Shown in pieces: positions 1-10,900 of a stretch of DNA of 64,000 nt. A program made the position numbers and the translations under genes. Within the stretch, counting starts at the first letter, position 1; the number at the start of each line of letters is the position of its first letter. Source of the stretch: Macrostomum hystrix (taxonomy: Eukaryota > Animalia > Platyhelminthes). Under the pieces are notes generated by a model that was given only the letters and a program-made list of their open reading frames with translations, ran no database searches and was not told the origin of the DNA. The stretch lies in NCBI GenBank assembly GCA_950097015.1, contig CATNEN010000034.1, positions 3,038,001 to 3,102,000 on the forward strand, written 5' to 3'.

Positions 1-3000
1 TCTAGCGATAAGGACAGGGACCCTGGCGGGAACAGTCTGGAAACCGCAGTCAAGCTGGCCTGGTCGGACAACGCCGATGTTTTGTCGATGCAATACGCCG
101 GCACCGGCGCTTTGAAGGCCGACTTCACTCGAACCGGACGGCGCACCAAATCTGGCGCACTCCGCGATCTCTACTACAGCGCTATGAGATATGCCAGGAA
201 TAACTTCTCGGACGGCTGGAGGCAGGACGCTATCGACTTGCTGCTAGGCAATTATAGACCTGTCCTAGGCGAGCCGAGTCCGTTCGCTGATGGCCGCGAT
301 TGGAAAGTCTGGCTTCTGCCCTCTGTACTGCTGTTCGGAGTCACTATGCTCACAATGGGAGCTCTACTGCCGCCCGGTATGTCCTGCTAGACTAATTGTT
401 GACCTGTTAATGATTTTATGTAGGACGTTCTGAACATTTTGTCTGGCTTACCTGAACAAAACCAGTTATTTAATGGAGTACCTGAAGTAGATTCTTAGGG
501 GTTGTAGCCTAGTTGTTAGAGCGTTGGACTCACGACTCGAAGGTCGGTGGTTCGATTCCTGTCTTTACTGGAACACTTTGTGTCCCTTGGGGTAATTAAG
601 GTTGGGTGTGGCGTCCCCCCAGTCCATGGACTGAACAGCCGTACGCAATTTTCAGATGCGCCACGCAATAGCTGCGGCTGTGCTGTCTGCTGCAAAAATG
701 ACCCGATTGGGGCAGGTCTAATCGATTATTAGTATTTATTATTCAGGGTTTGGGTGCCTGAAGTATTGGATGTGGGTGCCTGTAGGATTGGATGTGGGTG
801 CCTGAAGAATTGGATGTGGTTGCCTGTAGGATTTGATGTGGGTGCCTGTAGGATTGGAAGTGGGTGCCTGAAGGATTGGATGTGGGTGCCTGAAGGATTG
901 GATGTCAGTGCGTGAAGGATTGGATGTGGGTTCCTGTAGGATTGGATGTGGGTGCCTTAAGGATTGGATGTGGGTGCCTTAAGGATTGGATGTGGGTTAG
1001 CTACGAGCCAGCTCGTAGTCAGCTACGAGCCTACCTAGGGATGCTGACCCACTACGGAAAGTTCTTGCCGCACCTGTCGACGGTGGTCGCTCCGCTGAAT
1101 CAGCTGCTGATGAAGAATGCGCGCTGGACGTGGGCTGAGCCTCAGCAGCAGGCTTTCGAACGGTCCAAGCGACTCCTGCTAGAGTCTCCTGTGCTCATGC
1201 ACTACGATGCCAAGCTGCCGCTGCGTCTGGAATGCGACGCCAGCCCGTATGGACTAGGTGTGGTGCTGACTCATCGAGTGGACGGCGAGGACAGGGCGAT
1301 CGCCTTCGCCAGCCGCAGCCTAACGACGACTCAAAAGGGCTATTCGCAGCTGGACAAGGAGGCGCTCGCGATCATGTTTGGCTTGCAGCGCTTCCATCAG
1401 TTTCTGCAAGGCCGCAAGTTTGTCATCGTCACCGACCACAAGCCGCTCCTGGGTCTCCTCGGCGAGCACAAGGGCATTCCAGAGCACGCGGCGGCGCGCA
1501 TGCAGCGCTGGGCGATTCGCCTAGCCAGCTATGACTACTCGCTGGAGTTCAGGCCCACCAGCAAGCACGCCAACTGCGACTCGCTGTCCCGCTTGCCGCT
1601 GGCCAGGCAGTTCGAAGAGGAGCCAGCCGTCAACGCTCTGCTGCTGGACGAGGAGACTGGATCCGCCATCACGGCTCAGGCGGTGGCGCGGCACACTCGC
1701 TCGGACGCCCTCCTAGGCCGGGTGCTTCGATGCCTGCAGACGGGCGCTCCAATGGCTGCCGCTGAGCTAGTCGACTTCGTAAGGCGCCGAGACGAGCTGA
1801 GTGTGGAGCAAGGCTGCGTGCTGTGGGGATCCCGCGTCGTCGTGCCGACGGCCCTGCGACAAGGCGTGGTGGACGAGCTGCACCAGGCGCACCCAGGCAT
1901 CAACCGCATGCGAGCTCTGGCCCGCAGCTATGTCTGGTGGCCAGGATTGGACAAGCAGCTAGAGGCAGCCGTCAAGTCCTGCCGGATCTGCGCCCTCAAC
2001 CAGGCTGACCCACCCAAGGCGCCGGTGCAACCGTGGCCGTTTCCGTCAGAGCCGTGGGCGCGGCTACATCTGGACTTCGCCGGTCCGGTTAACGGCCGCA
2101 CCTACCTGGTGATCGTAGACGCCTACAGCAAGTGGCCGGAAGTTTTCCAAATGCACAGCACGACATCTGCGGCCACGATCGACCGGCTCCGCGAGGTCTT
2201 CGCCAGACTAGGCATCCCCCGAGTGCTGGTCTCTGACAACGGTGCGCAGTTCGCCTCCGCGGAGTTCACGGAGTTCACCAGGCGCAACGGAATCCGCCAC
2301 ATCTTCTCCGCGCCGTTCCACCCTGCTACGAACGGCCAGGCGGAGAGATTCGTGCAGGTGCTCAAGCGACACCTCCTCAAGAGCGGGCACTCGACGGCAG
2401 CACTGCAGCAGATGCTGATGTCCTACCGCAACACGCCGCACTCAATCACCGGCGACGCTCCCAGCCAGCTACTCATCGGCCGCAAACTGCGCAGTCGGCT
2501 CGACCTGCTGATGCCATCGCTGGTGAGCAACATGCAGCAGCGCCACGAACGCCAGGTGGAGCAACAGCCGCAGGCGCGCGAGTTCCAAGCCGGCGACCGA
2601 ATTCTACTGCGCGACTTCAGCTCCGACGCAAGGACTGGCGGCGGAACCCGCTGGGCCGAGGGCACCGTCGTGTCCGCCAGGTCCCGCAACTGCGACGTCG
2701 AGGTCGGTGGCGCTCTCTATCGGCGGCACACTGACCAGCTGCTGACGAGCTCGCTGCCGGATGCTACCCTGGAGCCATCGGTCAGAATCGCTGAGCCGCC
2801 GCTGCCGCCCACCGAGCCAGGCGGAGGCGACGGCAGCAACGACGCGCCGCCGGATGCCGCGGTCGCCGAAGCCGCTGACAGGTCGGCCAGCCCGACCAGG
2901 CGCTACCCGCAGCGTCGGAGGCAGCCGCCTGAACGTCTGCAGCTTTGATGATTGACTTGACTCTGACTCTGATTGCATAACGAACTTTGGGGATGCTTAG

Positions 3001-3884
3001 AACTTTAGGGGGGAGATGTCGGATAGCTTAGAAAAGTACCATTTGCGCGCCGCTCTATAACAGCTACTTTATTGTCATTTCAATACTCTCTATTTACTAT
3101 CTGGCTATAGTTCACGTGCACCCATGTCACCCCACTGTACTGTCTTTAGATTTACAATGCTTACTTTCTCTCACTGATGCAAGGCGCTGTAGCACCCACC
3201 CCTAATCTCCTAACAATGCTGAGTCAGCCATTGAGTCGTACTAGTACAATAAATATGACTGCGCGGACGCTAATGAATGCGTGCTTGTTTTCTACTCCTA
3301 ACTTACTCGTCTCAGATCTCATAATTTCACAGTGGGTGCCTGAAGAATTGGATGTGGGTGCCTGTAGGATTGGAAGTGGGTGCCTGAAGGATTGGAAGTG
3401 GGTGCCTGAAGGATTGGATGTGGGTGCCTGAAGGATTGGATGTCAGTACGTGAAGGATTGGATGTGGGTGCCTGTAGGATTTGATGTGGGTGCCTGTAGG
3501 ATTGGATGTGGGTGCCTGAAGAATTGGATGTGGTTGCCTGTAGGATTTGATGTGGTTGCCTGAAGGAAAGGAATTTAATTAACTAAGTATGGGATTTGGG
3601 TAATCTAAAAAGTTTGGATATGAGACCCTGAAGCTTTTAATTTGAATCCATAAAGGATAGGTTCAAAGTGAGTAAAAGCGTGAAATTAAGTGGGAGTCAA
3701 TAATAAAGCAATGACTCAATGAACCGCTGCAGAGCACTGGACTGAGCACATGCTGTTCTCACTGTTCTGGGCTACCTCGGTTGTTCTGGCAATATTCGGC
3801 ATATTCTACTACGGCGACGACTTTGTTGACCGGCCTCGGTTAGCTTTGCTGATTGGCCGGCAGAAGCGGGCGGCTTCGAGTTGA
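1..3884 (+). CDS. SAC1: SAC1-family phosphatidylinositide phosphatase, 3' part (exons <1-376 and 3733-3884)
   Basis: Translation SMQYAGTGALKADFTRTGRRT...NNFSDGWRQDAIDLLLGNY matches the SAC1/SACM1L C-terminal region. Donor G|GTATGT at 377 and acceptor CTGCAG| at 3732 join in phase 1 to give PPE-HWTEHMLFSLFW...YYGDDFVDRPRL, the second TM helix plus the FVDxPRL motif. Stop TGA 3882-3884; AATAAA at 4201. Confidence 0.92.
497..743 (+). mobile_element. tRNA-derived SINE, family 1, copy A (internally deleted relative to copy B)
   Basis: A-box TAGCCTAGTTG, B-box GGTTCGATTCC, 3' body highly similar to 6421-6742, (ATT)n-type tail. Confidence 0.75.
750..997. repeat. 22-bp minisatellite GGGTGCCTGAAGGATTGGATGT, left part
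   Basis: Direct tandem repeats; the array resumes at 3332 after the Gypsy insertion. Confidence 0.9.
1000..2948 (+). CDS. Gypsy pol fragment: RT thumb, RNase H, integrase
   Basis: RNase H motifs CDAS, KEALA, TDH. Integrase HHCC zinc finger (HQAHPG...CRIC) and DDE residues (HLDF, SDNG, NGQAERFV). PWARLHLDFAGP is typical of Mag-clade elements. The ORF-track N-terminus is repeat-derived. Confidence 0.9.
3017..3331 (+). repeat. 3' LTR (about 315 bp)
   Basis: TG...CA termini immediately after the PPT; internal TATA-like CTATAA (~3055) and AATAAA (~3248). Confidence 0.75.
3332..3565. repeat. 22-bp minisatellite, right part
   Basis: Same unit and same variant units as 750-997. Confidence 0.9.
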
Positions 3885-4547
3885 ACTGAATCCCAAATCC
3901 CAAATCCCTCACTGCAGTGTCATGAGTTTAAGAATTTGATTTTGTTACATTCCTTCTTATTGGTCAATTGTATCTATAAATGTTTTGTTATGGAAATCGA
4001 ACAAATTACCTTTGTTTTGTACTTATAATATACGAGTATTTCCTTGGATTCCTTGGTGTCTCCATTGTTTATCAATGTTTTATAGGTTAGGTTGTCTGTT
4101 TGTTCCAATGATATCAAATGTGTTATTGCTTCTTTAATCACTCGTATTTTATATATTTATAATTGGTGACTGATTTTATATGTTTATATTCATCATAGAA
4201 AATAAATGATGTGTTTCATTTTTGTATTTTAGGCTAAAAAATGGCTTATTAAGCTTATTGAGCTTATTAAGTTTTTAGTTGATTTTAACCAAATGTGTTG
4301 CAGTTATAATATGCACAATAGTCACTTATATTTCATTTCTTTAACAGAAAATCGTGCCAAAAACATATAAGAACTACACAATAAGTACATCTTTAAATAA
4401 AAAATGAGACTTTATTAACACAACAACCAATAGCATGCAAAGATGTTGTAAATATGGTGACTATAATGTGACTAGCATATGAGAAACAAATAACTATATG
4501 ATCGAATAGATATGTCAATTATTATTGGATGTTATACCTGTCTACTG

Positions 4548-5304
4548 CTAGCTGGCCTCCCTAATTCAATTGGGTCATTCTACTAGCTGGCCTCCCTAAT
4601 TCAATTGGGTCATTCTTCTAGCTGGCCTCCCTAATTCAATTGGGTCATTCTTCTAGCTGGCCTCCCTAATTCAATTGGGTCATTCTACTAGCTGGCCTCC
4701 CTAATTCAATTGGGTCATTCTTCTAGCTGGCCTCCCTAATTCAATTGGGTCATTCTTCTAGCTGGCCTCCCTAATTCAATTGGGTCATTCTACTAGCTGG
4801 CCTCCATAATTCAATTGGGTCATTCTTCTAGCTGGCCTCCCTAATTCAATTGGGTCATTCTTCTAGCTGGCCTCCCTAATTCAATTGGGTCATTCTACTA
4901 GCTGGCCTCCCTAATTCAATTGGGTCATTCTTCTAGCTGGCCTCCCTAATTCAATTAGGTCATTCTTCTAGCTGGCCTCCCTAATTCAATTGGGTCATTC
5001 TTCTAGCTGGCCTCCCTAATTCAATTGGGTCATTCTTCTAGCTGGCCTCCCTAATTCAATTGGGTCATTCTTCTAGCTGGCCTCCCTAATTCAATTGGGT
5101 CATTCTTCTAGCTGGCCTCCCTAATTCAATTGGGTCATTCTTCTAGCTGGCCTCCCTAATTCAATTGGGTCATTCTTCTAGCTGGCCTCCCTAATTCAAT
5201 TGGGTCATTCTACTAGCTGGCCTCCCTAATTCAATTGGGTCATTCTACTAGCTGGCCTCCCTAATTCAATTGGGTCATTCTTCTAGCTGGCCTCCCTAAT
5301 TCAA
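4548..5304. repeat. 35-bp minisatellite CTAGCTGGCCTCCCTAATTCAATTGGGTCATTCT(T/A)
   Basis: Unit starts at 4548, 4583, 4618, 4653 and onward. Confidence 0.95.
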
Positions 5305-5354
5305 TACTAATTATCCAATAGGAATTGCAAGGCCTAACTACATGACAAACAGCT

Positions 5355-7582
5355 CTACTTAAGCAATCCGGTGGACTTCCACGCGTCCTCCATTCGCCAG
5401 ACGCCGAAGGCGTAGCCTAACCTGTCGCCGGCACCGTTAGCCGCGGCGGCCGCCGCAGCTGCCGCGGCAGCGGCTGCCGAAACTGAGTTGCAGCAGTCGC
5501 TGCCGCTAGCGAATAAGCTGGCGGGGTGACAGGCAGCTGACAGTTGATGATGATAAGCCGTGTCCACCGGCCCACCGATGTAGAGGTGGTGATGAAACTG
5601 CTGCTGGTACTGGTACTGATGCTCAAACTGTTGTCCATCGCTGTCCTCTCCGCAGCGCAGCACCGTGGACAAGAAGTCGATGTAGCGAGTGGCCAGTCTT
5701 AGCGTCTGAATCTTGGAGAGCTTGTCGGAGGGCAGGGTTGGTATGATCCTTCGGAGCTCCTCGTAGGCCCTGTGAAAGGGAGACATTATCTATTTAGACT
5801 TCTTCGACTCCCAGGAATCCGGAATACAGATTACCCGATTACCGATTGATTTGTGATAACACACATAAAGATCACCTGTTAAAGACGAGGACCACATGTT
5901 AGACACGAGAATCACATGTTAGACATGAGGATCACATGTTAGGCATCAGGATCACCTGTTAGACATCAGGATCACCTGTTAGACACGAGGATCACATTTT
6001 AGACATGAGGATCACATGTTAGACACGAGAATCACATGTTAGACATGAGGATCACATGTTAGACACGAGGATCACCTGTTAGACGTCAGGATCACCTGTT
6101 AGACACGAGGACCACATGTTAGACATCAGGATCACATGTTAGACACGAGAATCACATGTTAGACATCAGGATCACCTGTTAGACACGAGGATCACATTTT
6201 AGACATGAGGATCGCATGTTAGACATCAGGATCACTTGTTAGACATGAGGATCACATGTTAGACATGAGGATCACATGTTAGGCATCAGGATCACCTGTT
6301 AGACATCAGGATCACCTGTTAGACACGAGGATCACCTGTTAGACATGAGGATCACATGTTAGGCATCAGGATCACCTGTTAGACACGAGGAGGATCACAT
6401 GTTAGACATCAGGATCATCTAGAGAGGTTCTAGCCTAGTGGTTACGGCGTCGGACTCACAACTTGAATGTCGGGGGTTCGATTCCCGACTCCACTGGAAC
6501 AATTTGTGTCCTTTAGCAAGAAACTTAACTCTGCATTGCTTCAGTTCACCCAGTTGTTAAATCTGTGCCAGCATCAGCTGGGATAATTGAAGGTGGGTGT
6601 GGCGTCCCCCCAGTCCATGGACTGAACAGCTGTACGCAGCCTTCAGATGCGCCGCGCAATAGCTGCGGCTGTGCTGTCGGCTGCACATCTGGCCCAATTG
6701 GGGCAAGTGTAATCAATTATTATTATTATTAGGATTATTATTAGACATCAGGATCACCTGTTAGACACGAGGATCACCTGTTAGACATCAGGATCACCTG
6801 TTAGACATCAGGATCACCTGTTAGACACGAGGATCACCTGTTAGACATCAGGATCACCTGTTAGACACGAGGATCACCTGTTTAACATCAGGATCACCTT
6901 TAGACAGAAGGATCGGTACCTGTCAGGCAGGTTTGTCACTGGCAGCTCACCTGTTAAGCGACTGAGTCCGCTGTCTCTCCCGCACGTTGGCCATCATCCT
7001 GGCCGAGCTACCGCTGTCGTCGAAGGCGTCCGAAGTGGCCGAGGCTGACGCCGCGTCGGAGCCCTCGCTGCGCTTCCGTTTGCGGCCAGAGCTTCTGGCT
7101 TCGAATTTGACGCAGAGTGCGTCGGTTGAATCACCCGACGGGATCAGCGGCCCTCCGCTGACGCCCCGGCAGCGCTTGTCGTTCGACTGAGTCTAAATTG
7201 GAGTTTGTTTGAGTTCGGATCTCGATTAGAACTCGTGAAGAGTAGCTGGCCATCTCGCGGAGACAGACTCTATGATCCCAATTTTCAATAAATCCCACTC
7301 GCCTCAGATTCCGATTTCTAACAAATCCCACAATCTACGAGTATTTAACTTTAATCCCGATTTCCGATATATTCCATTGTTTTTCTCTCTGATCACAATT
7401 AATAATAATTTCATTGTCTCCTTGATCCCAATTTAAATTTGCTAATCATGTAGATCGAGACAATTGCAGAGTTACATTTAATAATGTTGCTGTAAATTAG
7501 CGAAAACAGTTAGTGCTCAGCTCACCAATCGCATGTCCACAGCGTTTTGCCCGCTATCAGCACGAGTAGAAATCAAATCCAT
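5355..7582 (-). CDS. twist: Twist bHLH transcription factor (exons 7582-7526, 7192-6951, 5769-5355)
   Basis: Spliced translation [50 protein letters not shown] is the Twist bHLH. C-terminal [16 protein letters not shown] is the WR domain. GT-AG sites are in consistent phase; ATG 7582 follows an upstream in-frame stop. Exon 1 is less certain. Confidence 0.93.
5868..6915. repeat. 20-bp minisatellite TTAGACATCAGGATCACCTG in twist intron 2, split by SINE copy B
   Basis: Tandem units at 5868-6420 and 6743-6915. Confidence 0.9.
6421..6742 (+). mobile_element. tRNA-derived SINE, family 1, copy B (near full length)
   Basis: A-box TAGCCTAGTGG, B-box GGTTCGATTCC, central GTGTCCTTTAGCAAGAAACTTAAC...CAGTTCACCCAG segment, (ATT)n tail; homologous to 497-743. 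Confidence 0.8.
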
Positions 7583-9584
7583 TGAGATGGGATTTCGGAA
7601 AAAACTCTCCTGGACCAAATTTCCTCTTCCGCTTTTTTCAAATCTTTATAGCTCGCCTACCGTTGCAGCTGCCGCCGGCTAGTTGAAAAATATTCGCTCC
7701 GGGGGGATGCGGCTCGGGGCTGGTGTTGGGATATCTTACAATGCGACAAGCTCCGCAATGGGTTGCTAAGCCGGTCAAGTTAAAGATTTCACGTGAAGTC
7801 AAAAGAAGACTGCAGGCCAAGTCGCAGAAGACAGATGCTGAAGCAGCTGTTGCCCATTTTTAAGCGCGTCAGCGCCGCCGACCCGCCCCCGCCCCGCGAC
7901 ACGCCCACCTCAACCTCCCCAGCACTGGGTGAATACGGGCCGGCCCGTTCCACAGACGCCGCTCTGTCTAGGGGAAGCCCCCGGTCCATCAACGGTGTCA
8001 TCCTGCGGGCTGCAGAGAAAAAAGAAGAAGACAAAAAACGCCAAAAAACTTTTCTTCTTCGAATCGAAATGGAAGCCGACAACGGAGCGACAACAGTTGC
8101 GGAAATCAGGGGGCAATGACAGTGGAGATTTCTGACACATCTGCATTGACTTTTCTCTAATTCCGTTGCGCGGTCTTGTTTCGCACCTTTTCTAGATCTC
8201 CAATCTGGAAATAATCTTTGCCATTTTTCCGGGGGGTGGGGGCCAAGGACCACTAGGACTAGAAGGACGGGAAACTACGTTTCTTAGAAAAAAAATTAGA
8301 GATATAAGAGATTTTCACTCTTTTTTCAGATGAAAGCCTTCTTTTGATATAAATTGCCTAACTTGTTGCTCTACCGAATTTTATAAAGGAAGGTTTTGTA
8401 CATAACATTTGATCCTCATACGGTTTTCCTTGCTAAATAGCCTATCAAAAGTCTAAAGTTTAATACACAACAGTCAATTAGTGTTCCTCTTGCAATTAAG
8501 TATTAATTAATTAATATATTTCTTTGTATTAGTATTAGTATTAGCAACACGTTAGCCATTTTTAATCAAAAGAACAGTTTTGTATCTGCTTCTAATAAAA
8601 AAGTGTCATCATTAAAATATTTAAAATATATATATTTCCTATCTCTATCTGTAATGTATTTTTTTCGCAAAAACCAGCCTTTCATTTTTTCTAAGAAACG
8701 TAGTTTCCCGTCCTTCTTCTCCTTGTGGTCCTTGGTGGGGGCGTGGAACATTTCAAACGGTTCATGGTTGAGATGGACAAGAGAAAAACGCAGATAGCCT
8801 CCGTTTCATTTATCCTATATTTGTAGATCTAGTGATTTTGGCCGCTTATGAATTCGGGAGTTGAAATCAGGCTTTGAGTCTTCCCTATATTTCTAACCTC
8901 CGAATTTCCACCTAACAGAAAGTTGTTTATCAGTGGGTGGTCCTAGTCGAGCGGAATTGAAAACTATGACGTGAAAAAGCTTCTCGAAGATAGAATTTCT
9001 CGGGCCAAATCAGTATTTTTTCTTCTTAAGTCGCATTATTAGATAAACAAACATGACGTCCTCAGGTGCGAATATCTAACGCCTTCAATTGCACCCGACT
9101 GACTTTCTGAAACTGAATAATCGTTCTTTGTCCTTCAGCCTTTTCACGGAGGCCAGCAGTTTACTGGCTACTCGCAGGCAGCTCTCTGCTGGATATCGAG
9201 TGTCGGCTCCGCCTGCAGCCACCCCCCCGCAGGGCGAGGGCTTCAACTTCGACATCCCGTCTCTTTTTTCGCGGCACGACGAACGCCTTCCTTTTAAGAC
9301 AGCATTTTTTGATAATCAGGATTTTTCTCCTCTACGTTTCACACCCTCGAGTTTCGATTGTGCCGCGCGCCGGATTCAAGAGCTGCCGCGGGACTGCAGA
9401 GCCTCACGAAAGTCAATTGGCCCCCTTATTAAACCCCAAACCAACACTCCCCACACTCTGGAACAACGGGCCAGCATAGCGGCATCAGCAGATTGACTGC
9501 TATGATGCAATCCTTATAGCACCCTGGGCACCTAACTGCTTGGCTTCCTCATAATTAACCGCTAGATTTAAGGGGTTCCATCTG

Positions 9585-10418
9585 ACTGTCTCCATTTCTC
9601 CCTGTCTCCCTCTCCTTGTCTCCCTCTCCCTCTCCCTGTCTCCCTTCCTGTCTCCCTGTCTCCCTGTCTCCCTCTCCCTATCTCCCTGTCTCCCTGTCTC
9701 CCTCTCCCTGTCTCCCTCTCCCTGTCTCCCTGTCTCCCTCTCCATGTCTCCCTGTCTCTCTCTCCCTGTCTCCCTCTCCCTGTCTCCCTGTCTCCCTCTC
9801 CCTGTCTCCCTCTCCCTGTCTCCCTGTCTCCCTCTCCCTCTCCCTGTCTCCCTTCCTGTCTCCCTGTCTCCCTGTCTCCCTCTCCCTATCTCCCTGTCTC
9901 CCTGTCTCCCTCTCCATGTCTCCCTGTCTCTCTCTCCCTGTCTCCCTCTCCCTGTCTCCCTGTCTCCCTCTCCCTGTCTCCCTCTCCCTGTCTCCCTTCC
10001 TGTCTCCCTGTCTCCCTGTCTCCCTCTCCCTATCTCCCTGTCTCCCTGTCTCCCTCTCCTTGTCTCCCTCTCCCTCTCCCTGTCTCCCTTCCTGTCTCCC
10101 TGTCTCCCTGTCTCCCTCTCCCTATCTCCCTGTCTCCCTGTCTCCCTCTCCATGTCTCCCTGTCTCTCTGTCCCTGTCCCCCTCTCCCTGTCTCCCTGTC
10201 TCCCTCTCCCTGTCTCCCTCTCCCTGTCTCCCTGTCTCCCTCTCCCTGTCTCCCTCTCCCTGTCTCCCTGTCTCCCTCTCCCTGTCTCCCTGTCTCCCTC
10301 TCCATGTCTCCCTGTCTCTCTCTCCCTGTCTCCCTGTCTCCCTCTCCCTGTCTCCCTGTCTCCCTCTCCATGTCTCCCTGTCTCTCTCTCCCTGTCTCCC
10401 TGTCTCCCTGTCTCCCTG
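9585..10418. repeat. Pyrimidine-rich TCTCCC/TCTCCCTG low-complexity repeat
   Basis: Direct inspection; source of the SPCLPVSL and RETGRQGD ORFs. Confidence 0.95.
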
Positions 10419-10900
10419 CATCAACAAGGCATAGAGTATGGTAAAAAATGAAATAAAACAAGCGAAAACTTTCGTTTCTGTCTGTGAAATGTTTTTTTCG
10501 TGCGTTGTGGGTGGTCCCGCAGGAACAGCAGCCTAACCCATTTGTGCCAAATCCCATTAAGGCCACGTCAATATATCCGCATGCAACGCGTCATCCTTCC
10601 ATTTAGGTCGCTTCTCCTCCTATTGTTGATGCAGGTGACGTTGACAGTGGCCTCCCAAAAGGTTGCGCCTTGCACAGAATCTTGCTGCGCTGTTCATAGC
10701 AGACCGTGCTGAACAAATGTAGCTAGCCCCAGCCAGATTTGCAAGCTGGATTAATAAGTTGCAGATTAGTGAAATTAATTTCTTTCATTTAAGTGCAAAA
10801 TTCAACACGTATTCTTTATTGCACCTTGCCCAGCCCATTTCCGCCCTTTACGATCAACTAACTTTCAACGCCGTCCGATTCTTTCTAACTTTCAACGTTT

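Larger units (their letters stand above)
998..3331 (+). mobile_element. 5'-truncated Ty3/Gypsy (Mag-like) LTR retrotransposon with only the 3' LTR, inside the last SAC1 intron
   Basis: Uninterrupted pol ORF, then a polypurine tract (AGGGGGGAGA 3007-3016), then an LTR starting TGT at 3017 and ending ACA at 3331. Flanked by GTGGG(T) at 992 and 3332. Confidence 0.88.

Noticed and set aside
4548-5304. Regular 35-bp repeats with an internal palindrome resembling a CRISPR array
   Set aside because: Units are head-to-tail with no unique spacers, there are no cas genes, and the context is eukaryotic and intron-rich.
6421-6500. tRNA gene
   Set aside because: A and B boxes are present but the acceptor and anticodon stems pair poorly, and the sequence continues into a shared SINE body with an ATT tail.
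7793-8119. 108-aa ORF divergent from twist
   Set aside because: No recognisable domain and a non-ATG start; it overlaps the expected twist promoter/5' UTR.
9500-10566. Long ORFs of 180-270 aa (RETGRQGD, SPCLPVSL)
   Set aside because: Translations of a TC-rich low-complexity repeat that lacks stops. The same applies to the repeat-derived ORFs at 16.6, 19.4, 23.2, 30.9, 33, 34.3, 36.5, 40.6, 43.6, 44.6, 46 and 50.4 kb.
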